Source of the DNA: Polyangiales bacterium
GTDB taxonomy: Bacteria > Myxococcota_A > Polyangia > Polyangiales > Polyangiaceae
NCBI GenBank assembly: GCA_038231275.1
Contig: JBBRLQ010000010.1
Coordinates: 1-64,000 of the forward strand
Length of the DNA: 64,000 bases
Direction of reading: 5' to 3'
A model generated the notes under the pieces. That model saw only the letters and a program-made list of their open reading frames with translations. It had not been told where the DNA came from and did no database searches. Below are positions 43,527 through 54,000 of the stretch, one piece after another. The position numbers were made by a program, and so were the translations under genes. How positions within the stretch are numbered: the stretch's first letter is position 1; every line of letters starts with the position of its first letter.

Positions 43527-45134
43527 ATGCGGGTGCTATTGGTGATGCCGACGCCGTTCGACAACGGACGCCTCGGGTTGGAGAACGTCGTGTGGCTCTC
43601 CGAGCCGGTGGCCCTCACCGCGGTCGGCGCCGCCGTCGGGGGCGATCACGAGGTGCGCGTGCTCGACATGCGGCTGGAGGACGAGGACGCGCTCGCTCGT
43701 GAGCTCGTTCGCTTCCTGCCTGACGTCGTCGGCACGACGAGCATGACCACCGACGCCTACCAAGCGAAGGCGGTGCTGCGCATGGCGCGCTCGATAAGGC
43801 CGGACGCGCTGACCGTGGTCGGTGGCCACCACCCGACGTTGTGCCCCGACGAGTTCGACGAGCCGTACGTCGACGTCGTCGTGCAGGGCGAGGGCGAGCT
43901 GACCTTTCGCGAGCTGTGCACGCGATGGGACGCGCAGCGCGGCGCGAACGATCGCACCTTCGCCGGCGTGAGAGGGGCTCGCTACCGCGACGCCGACGGC
44001 GTCCGCCGCGCGAACGGCAAGCGCGAGCAGACGGCGAACCTCGACGAGCTCCCGGCGCCGGATCGCCGGCTCATCGCAAAGTACAAGGGTCGCTACTTCT
44101 TCACTGGCATTCGCCCGATGGCGTCGATCTTCACGAGCCGAGGGTGCTCGTTCGATTGCAACTTCTGCGCGATCTGGGAATTTTACGAGCGGCGCACGCG
44201 CTTCCTCTCGGCCAAGCGCATCGTCGACCAGATGGAGGCGTGCGACGAGCCGTTCGTCTTCGTGCTCGACGACAATTTTCTCACCAGCAAGAAGCGCGCG
44301 ACCGAGCTGTGCGACGAGCTCGAGCGCCGCGGCGTGAAGAAATACTGGCTCACCCAGGGGCGCACCGATTTCGCCGCCGATCACCCGGAGCTCATCGCCC
44401 GCCTCGCGCGGAACGGGCTCGTCATGGTGCTCTCCGGCTACGAGTCGAACGACGACGACAACCTCGCCGCGCTCCGCAAGAAGAACACCTGGCAGAAGAA
44501 CCAGCGCGCCAACGAGATCATGGCGGACAACGGCATCTTCATGACCGGAATCTTCATGGCGCGCGCGGACTGGACGGTCGCGCAGTTCGAGCAGCTCTTC
44601 GAGTACGTGCGCAGCCTCAAGATCGCGATCCCGCTCTTCACGATCTTGACGCCGCTCCCCGGCACGCAGCTGTTCCACGCGTACAAGGACCAGCTCCTCA
44701 CGACCGATCACCGCCTCTTCGATCTGCTCCACGCCGTCCTGCCGACGCGTCTCCCACGCGACGAGTTCTACAAGCAGATGTGCCGCTTCTACGACGAGAC
44801 CGACTCGAGCGTGCGCGCGGCCTTCGAGGTGTTCGCGAAGCGGCGGACCAAGTTCGTCGCCAAGATCCTCGTTGGCATGGCGTGGTTCTACGCGCGCACG
44901 TGGCGCTACCAGCGCGTGCACTACGACTACCGCTCGTTCCTGCGCGACGAGGAGGGGCTGATGAACGGGCCTGGCGCCAAGGCGGGCCTGACGTGGGAGG
45001 ACGTGACGTACCCGCGCGGCGACGAGCACGAGGCGGAGAAGGCGCAGAAGAAGCAGAAGGCGCCGGACGGCCTCGTGCGTTTGCGCATCCCCAAGAAGAC
45101 GTGGGTCGACGAGCTGGAAGGAGCGGCGGAGTGA
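43527..45134 (+). CDS. Cobalamin-binding radical SAM enzyme (class B, HpnR-like)
   Basis: GGAGGAGG RBS; B12 domain (EPVAL, VVGGHHPT, GEGE); SRGCSFDCNFC; DDNF; TPLPGT; FDLLHAVLPTRLP. Confidence 0.9.
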   Translation: MRVLLVMPTPFDNGRLGLENVVWLSEPVALTAVGAAVGGDHEVRVLDMRLEDEDALARELVRFLPDVVGTTSMTTDAYQAKAVLRMARSIRPDALTVVGGHHPTLCPDEFDEPYVDVVVQGEGELTFRELCTRWDAQRGANDRTFAGVRGARYRDADGVRRANGKREQTANLDELPAPDRRLIAKYKGRYFFTGIRPMASIFTSRGCSFDCNFCAIWEFYERRTRFLSAKRIVDQMEACDEPFVFVLDDNFLTSKKRATELCDELERRGVKKYWLTQGRTDFAADHPELIARLARNGLVMVLSGYESNDDDNLAALRKKNTWQKNQRANEIMADNGIFMTGIFMARADWTVAQFEQLFEYVRSLKIAIPLFTILTPLPGTQLFHAYKDQLLTTDHRLFDLLHAVLPTRLPRDEFYKQMCRFYDETDSSVRAAFEVFAKRRTKFVAKILVGMAWFYARTWRYQRVHYDYRSFLRDEEGLMNGPGAKAGLTWEDVTYPRGDEHEAEKAQKKQKAPDGLVRLRIPKKTWVDELEGAAE

Positions 45135-45991
45135 AGCCGGCGAAGGAGTTCCTCGCGGAGTTGCGTCGCGAGATCGAGACGCACCCGGCGACCAACCACG
45201 TCTTCTTGAACCGAATCGCGACGGCGCCGTTCTCGCGCGAGGACTACAAGGTCTTCGGCGAGAATCACTACCCGCTCGTGTGCGTCTTCACGAGCTACCT
45301 CGAGCGGCTCTTGTGCCGCGCTCCGTCGAGCGAGGCGAAGCTGTGGCTGGCGAAGGTGCTCGTCGACGAGTACGGCGAAGGCTCGCGCGGTGAGGATCAC
45401 GCGACGCTATACGGCCATTTCTTGCGTGCGTGCGGGAGCGACGTGCCGGGGCGGCTCGACGTTCGCGTGCCGGGCCCCGCGAACGAGTTCATCCGCGAGC
45501 ACCGTCGCATCGTCGCCGACGAGCCGTTCTTGGTCGGGCTCGGCGCGGTCGGGCCGGGCCACGAGTGGGCGATCCCCAGGATGTTCGAGGCGGTGATCCC
45601 AGGGCTCCGTCGCGCGGGCATCGAGGAGGCAGCGATCGGATACTTCACGCTGCACGTCGATCAGGACGAGGACCACGGCGCGTGGCTCGAGGAGGCGCTC
45701 GCCCTCTACGCGACGACGGAAGAAGCGCAAGCGCAGGTGCGACGCGGAGCGATGCTGAGCCTTGCGGCGCGCGCGCGCTTTTGGAGCGGCGTGCAGCGCG
45801 CGGTCGTGAAATGGCGGCAGCCGCGCGCGGCGAGGCCGGACGGCGCACGCCCCCGATCGATCGCCCACGAGATCGCCCTCACCGCGTGGGACGGATGGCG
45901 GACCGGTCAGCGCCTCGAGGCGGGCGTACGTGCGCTCGCCGAGCGGGCGCGGCCGACGATGCAAAAGCTCTACGCGCAGATCCGCGCGTGA
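45131..45991 (+). CDS. Heme-oxygenase-like diiron oxidase (PqqC/CADD/TenA fold)
   Basis: GTGA overlap with the rSAM gene; ligand pattern DEYG...H, HE, YFTLHVDQDEDH. Confidence 0.8.
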   Translation: MKPAKEFLAELRREIETHPATNHVFLNRIATAPFSREDYKVFGENHYPLVCVFTSYLERLLCRAPSSEAKLWLAKVLVDEYGEGSRGEDHATLYGHFLRACGSDVPGRLDVRVPGPANEFIREHRRIVADEPFLVGLGAVGPGHEWAIPRMFEAVIPGLRRAGIEEAAIGYFTLHVDQDEDHGAWLEEALALYATTEEAQAQVRRGAMLSLAARARFWSGVQRAVVKWRQPRAARPDGARPRSIAHEIALTAWDGWRTGQRLEAGVRALAERARPTMQKLYAQIRA

Positions 45992-46016
45992 CGGCCTCGT
46001 CGGGTAAGCTCGCCCG

Positions 46017-46952
46017 GTGAAGCTCGTCACGCGTCGTCGCGCGCTCGCTGCCGCGTTGGGCGGCATCGGCATCGGCGCCGTGGAGTACCTGTCGCTGCGC
46101 GGCACGTTCGACCACGCGTTCGTGCGGCCGACGGACGGACGCGAGCGTTTCGCGCAGAGCCGCACCGAGCTCGCGGCGTCGGCGTCGCTCTCGGACGGCG
46201 CGCTCGTCCACGTCGGGCACTCCACGCACCTCCTGTCGGTCTCGGGCGTGCGGTTCCTCACCGATCCGTGGTTCTACGATCCGGCGTTCGGCGCGCTCTC
46301 GCACGCGCGCGGTCCGGCGACGCTGCCCGAGCAGATCGGGGACCTCGACGGCCTCCTCGTGACCCACGATCACGCCGATCACGCCGATCTCCGCGCGATC
46401 GATCGGCTCGACAAGCGCGCCAAGGTGATCGTCGCGACCGACGAGCTCGCCGCGCGCGTGCGTGCGCTCGGCTACAAGGAGATCTTCGTCCTGCGCGCCG
46501 GCGAGACCATGACAGTCCTCGGCGCCAGGGTGACGGCCGTGCCGGCCGAGCACGACGTCTACGAGGTCGGGTACGTCGTCGAGGGGGCGGGGAGACGCGT
46601 GTACTTTGCAGGTGATACGCGGCTGTTTCCGGGGATGGACGCCATCGCGGAGCGCTTCACGCCGACCGCGGCGATCCTGCCGGTCGACGGGACACGCATC
46701 GCGGGCGGCGCCATGCACGTGATGACGCCGGACGACGCCGTGATCGCCGCAAAGAAGCTCGGCGCGCGCCTGGTCGTCCCCTCGCACGCGGAGGCGTTCT
46801 TCTCCGATCCGCTGGCCAAGTACGTCCTCGCGTCGATGGTGGACGGCGCCGCGGCGGCCTTCGCGCGCGCGGTGGCGACCGGGGTGCCGTCAGCGCGCTG
46901 CGCGGTCCCGCAACCCGGCGAGTTGGTGCCGCTCCCGACCGGTCACGCTTGA
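46017..46952 (+). CDS. MBL-fold metallo-hydrolase (UlaG-like) with a possible Tat signal
   Basis: GHST, LTDPW, THDHADHAD, PAEH, YFAGDT, PSH; N-terminal TRRRAL. Confidence 0.88.
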   Translation: MKLVTRRRALAAALGGIGIGAVEYLSLRGTFDHAFVRPTDGRERFAQSRTELAASASLSDGALVHVGHSTHLLSVSGVRFLTDPWFYDPAFGALSHARGPATLPEQIGDLDGLLVTHDHADHADLRAIDRLDKRAKVIVATDELAARVRALGYKEIFVLRAGETMTVLGARVTAVPAEHDVYEVGYVVEGAGRRVYFAGDTRLFPGMDAIAERFTPTAAILPVDGTRIAGGAMHVMTPDDAVIAAKKLGARLVVPSHAEAFFSDPLAKYVLASMVDGAAAAFARAVATGVPSARCAVPQPGELVPLPTGHA

Positions 46953-47000
46953 GTCCGTTGGTTCGCGCGGCAAATCCGAGCTAGAACGCGTGTATCGCTC

Positions 47001-48044
47001 ATGAGAGCCCTTGCCCCGTTTCTTCGCCTCTTCTTCTTCGCCCTCGTCCTCTTCGTGCCCGCGCGTGCGTTGGCCGACAAGGCGGCGGTCCTGCAATTCA
47101 CCAGCGTAGGACAGGCGACGAGCACCGACTTGAACGCCGCGCGCGACGCGACGAAGGCGGCCGCGGTCGCCAAGGGCCACACGCTCGCGTCCGACTCCGA
47201 GATGCTCGCCGCGCAGATGGCCGTCAAGGATGGCACGGCCGACACGAGCGAAGAGTACCGCGCCGCAGGTCGCGCGAGCGGATCGCAGTGGACCGTCGGC
47301 GGTCGCGTCGATCCGAAGGAGGGCGGCTACCGCCTCGAGCTCGAGGCGTGCCAGGTGGAGACCGGGCGCGTCGAGTCGCTCGCGCGTGACATAACGCCGG
47401 CCGACGCGACGGCGGAGATTGGCGAGATGCTCGCGCTGCTCTTGCGACCCGAGGGCATCGGGACCGCCGACATTCCGTGGCAGCACGGGAAGCCGAAGCC
47501 GCCCAAGCCCGTGCCTCCTCCCACGCCGCCGCCGCCCGTGCCGCCACCCACGCCGCCGCCTCCGCCTCCTCCGCCGGCGGTGAAGCACGCGTACGCCGAG
47601 GGGCATCCGCTCGCGCTCGGCGGCGGTGTCGCGCTGACGAGCGCCCTCTCGCGCCCGAAGAATGCGACGGGGTCGCCCACCGCGCTCTCGCTCGAGGCGA
47701 GCGGAGGCTACGCGCTCGACGCGCTCCCCGGCCTCGAGCTGCGCGCCGATTTCGCGGGCTCGGTCGTGGGGCCTGGCTCGATCTTCTTCGACGCCGGCGC
47801 GCGCTACGCGATTCCGATCGTCCCGACGGCGCGTCTCTTCGTGGGGCCCGAGGCGACGATCGGCGCATTTTTTACGACCGGTGGCGATCGCACCGCCCGC
47901 TTCTACGCGCGCGGCTCGGCGTTCGTCGCGCTCGGGATCGGCGAGCGGGTCCAGGTCGATTTGAGCGCGGACATCGCGCCGGTGCTCGGCTCCTCTACGC
48001 TGGTCCTCGCGGGCGGCACGCTGCGCGGCCTCGTTCGGTTCTGA
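47001..48044 (+). CDS. Secreted protein with a poly-Pro linker and a C-terminal beta-barrel-like region
   Basis: Signal peptide ending ALA; PPPP linker; terminal Phe. Confidence 0.65.
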   Translation: MRALAPFLRLFFFALVLFVPARALADKAAVLQFTSVGQATSTDLNAARDATKAAAVAKGHTLASDSEMLAAQMAVKDGTADTSEEYRAAGRASGSQWTVGGRVDPKEGGYRLELEACQVETGRVESLARDITPADATAEIGEMLALLLRPEGIGTADIPWQHGKPKPPKPVPPPTPPPPVPPPTPPPPPPPPAVKHAYAEGHPLALGGGVALTSALSRPKNATGSPTALSLEASGGYALDALPGLELRADFAGSVVGPGSIFFDAGARYAIPIVPTARLFVGPEATIGAFFTTGGDRTARFYARGSAFVALGIGERVQVDLSADIAPVLGSSTLVLAGGTLRGLVRF

Positions 48045-48496
48045 TGCTCCTCGCGACGCCCGACGCGACCGACGCGCTCGGCGTTCGGATCGCCGCGGTC
48101 CTCGTCCCCGGTGATCTCGTGCTCCTCTCGGGAGACCTCGGCGCTGGCAAGACGCACCTCGCGCGGGCGATCGCGCGCGCGCTCGGCGTGCCTGAGGACG
48201 TGCCGATCACGAGCCCGACCTTCACGCTCGTCCAGGAGTACGAGACGAAGGCCGCCCCGCTCGTTCACGCGGACCTCTATCGCCTCCGCGACTCTGCACA
48301 AGGGTTGCCCGTCGAGATCGCGCGCCTCGGCCTCCGCGAGCGGCGCGCAGAAGGAGCGATCGTGATCGTCGAGTGGGGCGAAGGCGCGGAGAACTCGCTC
48401 GGCGGCGAGGCCGATCTGGTCGTCCAGCTCGCCGCGCGCGGCGAGACGAGTCGCGTCGCGGTGCTGAGCGGTCCACGTGCGGATGAGGTAGGCTGA
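48044..48496 (+). CDS. tsaE: tRNA t6A biosynthesis ATPase TsaE
   Basis: [31 protein letters not shown]. Confidence 0.93.
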   Translation: MLLATPDATDALGVRIAAVLVPGDLVLLSGDLGAGKTHLARAIARALGVPEDVPITSPTFTLVQEYETKAAPLVHADLYRLRDSAQGLPVEIARLGLRERRAEGAIVIVEWGEGAENSLGGEADLVVQLAARGETSRVAVLSGPRADEVG

Positions 48497-48503
48497 CCGG
48501 AAG

Positions 48504-50915
48504 GTGAGCGAGCCTCGACCGCTCCACGTCGTGCTGGCCGGGCTGCTCGTGGGGAGCATCGCCTTCGCCGTCGCCGCGAGCGCGCCGCAACGACGAGCGC
48601 GCCTCCCCGAGCTTGGCCTGAAGCGCGCCGGCGCCGGGACGCTGCTCGGCGGTCGCGCGACGTCGTTCACGCTGCACGGCGCGCGCGGCGCGATCACGCT
48701 GCGGAGCCGCGACGAGCCGGTCGGACGAGACATCACCGTGTCGATCGTCGTCAACGGCACGCCGCGGCTCCTGTCGATCGGGCGACAGGATCTTCACGCG
48801 TCGGAGAAGGGCTCGTTCGCGGCGGCGATCCCGCTGTCGCTCGGCGGCGAGGAGGTCGGAGCCCTCTTCGATCTACACGTCGAGCCCGAGGACGACGCGC
48901 TCGTCGCCGATCTTCACCTCTCGCCGAAGGGCCCGCTCGCCGCCGCGCACACTGTGGCGCTGCGGATGGAGACGGAGGCGGGCGGGCGGCCGGCGTTCGT
49001 GAGCGGCACCGGCAACCTGGCCGATCTCGGCGTGACGACCGGCAGCATCGTCGTCCTCGACACGACGCCGCGTCCGCTCGGCTTTGCGTCGGCGCGCGGC
49101 CCCCTCGGCGTCGCGCTCATCGCCGAGGACGGCGGCACCGATCCCAAGACCCCGATGCGCCTCGCCGTCACGAGCGCCGAGGTGACCTTCGACGGCACCA
49201 AGGAGTCGACGGTCGGCCTCCGCGTGATCCTCGGCGCGTCGACGGGCGCGATTTGGCGCGGGCTCTTCGCGGCGACGGAGACGCCGACCGCGCGCGTACG
49301 CGGGATCGTGACGGGAACGACCGAGCGCGCGCAGGTGTTCGGGCTCGACGCGGAGGGGGCGCCGCGCGTACGCGTGCAGACCGAGGCGGGCGGCCGCTTC
49401 GTCTTGGATGTGCCCACCACCGTCACGCAGTGGTACGCGGCGCTCGACCCGACACGGACGAGCGCGCCGAGCTCGTACACGCCGGGGCTCCCGTGGGAGC
49501 TGCGCCTCGACGTGTCGCCGGGCGGCGAGCTCGCGATGCGCGTGACCGACAGCGACACCGGCGCGCCGCTCACCGCGCGGGTCGTCGTCCACGGCATCGA
49601 CGGCACACTCGATCCGAGCTTCGGCCCCGACTACCGCGCGTCGGGTGCCGGTCCGATCATCGACTCCCTCCGCGGCGAGATCATGACGCCGCTCCCCGCA
49701 GGCCGCTACCGCGTCGCCGCGACCAAGGGCATCGAGTGGTCGATCGACACGAAGATCGTCGAGATCGTCGGCGGTCGCAGCGCGAGCGCCGAACTCGCGC
49801 TCCGCCACGTCGTCCCCACGCCCGGCGTCGTCGGCTGCGATCTCCACGTCCACGCGCGCCCCAGCTTCGACTCGCCGGTGTCGGTCGAGGATCGCGTGCT
49901 CTCGCTCGTCGCCGCCGGCGTCGACTTCGCGGTGCCGACCGAGCACAACCTCGTCGGCGACTACGGGCCGGCGCTCGAGACGCAAGACCTCGCCAACCAG
50001 CTCGCGTGGGTGCACGGCGTCGAGGTCACCACCTTCAACCCGCGCTTCGGTCACTTCGGCGTGTTCCCGTATCCGCCGGGTCCTGCGCCGCCGTATCGCC
50101 AGACCAGCGTGGGCGCCATCTTCGCCGCCGCCCGCCGCGGCGATCCGAACCGCGTCCTCGTCATCAACCACCCGCGCTTGCCGCAGGCCATCGGCTACTT
50201 CGAGATCTTCCAGTGGGCCTCCGGGACGCCCGCGCCGCCGCCGCGGATGCGCACCGACTTCGACGCGATCGAGGTCTACAACGGGTACGACGCCGCGCGC
50301 CCTTACCGCGTCGACGCAGTGCTGAAGGATTTTTACGCGCTCCTGAACCTCGGACATCGCTACGCGGCGATCGGCAGCAGCGACTCGCACCGCATCCAGT
50401 TCAGCTGGGCCGGCTATCCGCGGACCATGGCGCGCGTCGGCGACGCCGCGGCCGCGGAAGGTGGCGGCTCGATCGACACCGCGGCGGTCGTCGCCGCGAT
50501 CAAGAAGGGGCACGCGACGGTGACGAGCGGCCCGATGCTCGACGTCGACGTGCGCGGCGCGGGGCCCGGCGACGAGATCGAGACCACGGACGAGCTCGTC
50601 CCCGCCCACGTCACCGTTCGCGCCGCTCCGTGGATCGACGTCACCTCGCTCGAGGTCATCGTCGGCGGCCAGGAGGTCCAGAAGACCGCCATCGTCGGGC
50701 GCCCCACCGCCCTCGGCCCCGAGGCGGGTACGCTTGAGGAGGCGCACACGCGGACGATCCGCTTCGACGGACAGCTCTCGATCCCCGTCGGACCGGCCAG
50801 CACGTGGATCGTGATCGTCGCGCGCGGCGCCCGCGCAATGGACGACATTCTGCCCTTCATGCCCGTGCCTCCAATGGCCTTCACGAACCCGATCTGGATC
50901 ACCCGTCCCCGCTGA
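48504..50915 (+). CDS. PHP-domain metallohydrolase (CehA/McbA-like), exported
   Basis: DLHVH, TEHN, GVEVT, GHF, INHP, IEVYNG, SSDSH, FTNPIW. Confidence 0.85.
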   Translation: MSEPRPLHVVLAGLLVGSIAFAVAASAPQRRARLPELGLKRAGAGTLLGGRATSFTLHGARGAITLRSRDEPVGRDITVSIVVNGTPRLLSIGRQDLHASEKGSFAAAIPLSLGGEEVGALFDLHVEPEDDALVADLHLSPKGPLAAAHTVALRMETEAGGRPAFVSGTGNLADLGVTTGSIVVLDTTPRPLGFASARGPLGVALIAEDGGTDPKTPMRLAVTSAEVTFDGTKESTVGLRVILGASTGAIWRGLFAATETPTARVRGIVTGTTERAQVFGLDAEGAPRVRVQTEAGGRFVLDVPTTVTQWYAALDPTRTSAPSSYTPGLPWELRLDVSPGGELAMRVTDSDTGAPLTARVVVHGIDGTLDPSFGPDYRASGAGPIIDSLRGEIMTPLPAGRYRVAATKGIEWSIDTKIVEIVGGRSASAELALRHVVPTPGVVGCDLHVHARPSFDSPVSVEDRVLSLVAAGVDFAVPTEHNLVGDYGPALETQDLANQLAWVHGVEVTTFNPRFGHFGVFPYPPGPAPPYRQTSVGAIFAAARRGDPNRVLVINHPRLPQAIGYFEIFQWASGTPAPPPRMRTDFDAIEVYNGYDAARPYRVDAVLKDFYALLNLGHRYAAIGSSDSHRIQFSWAGYPRTMARVGDAAAAEGGGSIDTAAVVAAIKKGHATVTSGPMLDVDVRGAGPGDEIETTDELVPAHVTVRAAPWIDVTSLEVIVGGQEVQKTAIVGRPTALGPEAGTLEEAHTRTIRFDGQLSIPVGPASTWIVIVARGARAMDDILPFMPVPPMAFTNPIWITRPR

Positions 50916-51019
50916 CCCCCATCGGGAAGCGGCGCTACGGCGTCGGACGAAAAGGTGGTACGTTTTCGGGGCGGCTTGGACTACACGTTGGGCTGAAATT
51001 TCGGGGGAATCGGGGCACT

Positions 51020-54000
51020 TTGAACCAAACCTTTGGCCGATACCGATTGCTCGAGCGGCTCGGCCAAGGCGGCATGGCCGAGGTGTTCAAGGCCAAGAGC
51101 TACGGCGTCGAGGGCTTCGAGAAGGTCGTCGTCATCAAGCGCATCTTGCCCGAGCTCGCGCGGAGCAAAGAGTTCGTGGACATGTTCATCCACGAGGCCA
51201 AGCTCGCCGTTCGCCTCTCGCACGCGAACATCGTGCAGGTCTTCGATCTCGGCATCGCGCCGGGGGAGGACGTCCTCGGGTCGCGCCGGCCCGACGCCTA
51301 CTACATGGCGATGGAGTTCGTGCACGGGTTCGACCTCGCGTCGCTCCTCGCGCGGTGCCGCCGGCAGCAGCTCGTCCTCCCGATCGACATGGGCGTCTAC
51401 ATCGCCGCCGAGGTCGCGAAGGGCCTCGACCACGCGCACCGGCGCCGCGACGAGCAGAGCAAGGCGCTCGGCATCGTCCATCGCGACGTGTCGCCGCAGA
51501 ACGTTCTCTTGTCGCTGGAGGGTGAGGTCAAGGTCACCGATTTCGGAATCGCGAAGGCGAAGGGCGCGCTCGAGTCGCCGGCCATCGAGGACACGCGCTC
51601 GCGCCAGCTCCAGGGAAAGTTCGGGTACATGAGCCCCGAGCAAGCGCGCGGCGAGAGCGTCGATGCACGGAGCGATCTCTTCTCGCTCGGCGTCGTCCTC
51701 TACGAGATGGTCGCCGGCGTGAACCCGTTCGTCGCGCCGACGACGTTCGAGACGTTGCGCCGCGTGCAGGCGTGCGAGTACCCGCCGGTGGAGCTCCTGC
51801 GCCCCGACGCGCCGCCCGAGCTCGTCGCGATCCTGAAGACGGCGATGTCGAAGAACCCCGACGAGCGGTACGCCGACGCGGGGCGCATGTACGAGGCGCT
51901 CCTCGCGTTCCTGTACTCGCAGGGCCGCAGGTTCGGCGCCCACGATCTCGCGGAGTTCATCGGCACGTTCCGCGCAGGAGACGACGCGGCGCCGGGCGCG
52001 ACGATGGACGGGCCGCTCCTCGACGGCGACCACCACGAGCGCGGTTCGAACGAGCGCACGCCGGTGGAGATCCCGCTGCACGGTACGGGACCGGCGCGTC
52101 ACGACTCGTCGGCGTCGATTCGCATCGTGGACGTCGGTCGCGCCGCGGAAATGGGCGAGCGGCGCGAGGTGACGGCGCTCGTGATCGAGCTCCCCGCGCG
52201 CGGCGATCAAGCGGTGGGCGGCAAGGCGCAAGAAATCGTGTCGCGCTACGGCGGACGCGTCGTCAAGAACGAGCCCGAGCAAATCGCCGCGCTCTTCGGC
52301 CTCGGCGAGCCCGACGGCCGCGACACCGAGGTCGCCGTAAGGTGCGCGCTCGTCGCCTTGCGCGCGCTCGACGGTCCGCGGCGGCCCAGCGCCGGGCTTC
52401 ACACCGGGCGCATCCACGTCGCGCACTCCGGAGAGCCTACGCAGGACGAGCGTCTCAGCGCCCTCGTCGCGACCGCGCAGACGCTCGCGCGCGCGCGCGA
52501 GGGGCAGCTCGCGATCTCGAACGCTGCCACGCGTCAGGTGCGCAACTTGTTCTCGCTCGAGCCGATCCCCGATCCGGCGATGTCGTCGTTGGGGCAGCTC
52601 GTGAAGGACGTCACCGGTCCCAGCGAGAGCTTCGGGCGCTTCGTCGGCCGGAAGGACGAGCTTCGCAAGATCGGCGAGATCCTCGCGGCGGCGACCAAGA
52701 AGAACGCGCGCATCCTGACGGTGCGAGGCGATCATGGAATCGGCAAGACGCGCCTCCTCGTCGAGGTAGAGCGTCGCCTCCGCAAGGGGGGATACAACGT
52801 CGGCTGGCACCAGGCGACGTGCCCGCCGCGCGGCCGCGAGCTTCCGCTCTCCGGAATCATGTGCATGTTGCAGGTATTGTGCGGCGTCTCCGACGGCGAT
52901 CCGCACGAGCGCATCATGACCGTGCAGCCGCGCCTGCGCGCGCTTGGCCTCCACGACGACGACGTGGGCGCCATCTTGAGCGCGCTCGGCGCCAGCGTCG
53001 TGGCGCCGTTGGCCGGCAACGCGAAGACCGCGCTCCGCAGCGCCTTCGCACGCATGGTGACGAGCCTCTGCGAGGACCGCCCCCACACATTTGCCTGGGA
53101 CGCCGCGCACTCGATGGACTCCGAGAGCTTCGCGCTCCTCGAGTCGGTCTTCCAGCGGCTCGCGCACGTTCGCGTCGTGTTCGCGTTCGCGGCGCGCGCG
53201 GGCTTCTCGCATCCGCTCGAGACGCTGCCGTCCCACGCCGGGCTAGAGTTGTCGGATCTCGCGGCGGAGGACGTGGAGCGCCTCGTGGCGCTGCGACTCG
53301 GCATCGATCGCGCGCCCGACGAGCTTCTTCGTTTCGTCCGCGAGCGCGCCGGCGGTCACCCGCAGTTCATCGAGGAGGTGCTGAAGGCCCTCGTCGACGC
53401 GCGTGCGGTCACCGTCGCCGACAAGCGCATCGTGTCCATGAAGCTCGTCGGCCAGGAGCTCGCGCTGCCGAAGACGCTGCGTGGCCTCGTCGCGTCGCGC
53501 GTCGCGCGCCTAGCGCCCGCCGATCGGGCGACGTTGCAAGCCGCGGCGGTGCTCGGCGATCCAGTGAACGCGGCGGTGCTGGCGCAGATGCTTGGGCAAG
53601 CGATGAGCCTCCTCGAGCGATCGCTCTCGACCCTGAAAGAGCGCGATTTTCTGATCCACGTCGGCGCGAGCGAGCTGCGTTTCACGTCGCCGATCGTTCG
53701 CGAGGTCGTCGCCGACGCGCTCACCGCCGAGGCGTCGCGCGAGATGCACGCCGCCGCCGGCACCGCGCTCGAGAACGTCCTCGGCGACAAGGCGTGGGAG
53801 CAAGCGGCGCGCATCGCCGCGCACCTGTACGAGGCCGGCGATCGCGAGCACGCGGCGTCGTATTTCGCGAAGAGCGGAGAGCGGCGGCTCGAGGCGCGCC
53901 AGGTCGAAGCGGCGACGCGCGACTACGCCCGCGCGATCGAGCTCTGCGACACCGCGATGCGCACGCCGAAGGAGCTCGCGGGATGGCTGGCGGGGCTCGC

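Noticed and set aside
42772..46952. RiPP cluster with the Cys-rich ORF as precursor
   Set aside because: The ORF has a lipoprotein signal, the rSAM lacks SPASM/RRE features, and no peptidase or exporter is present
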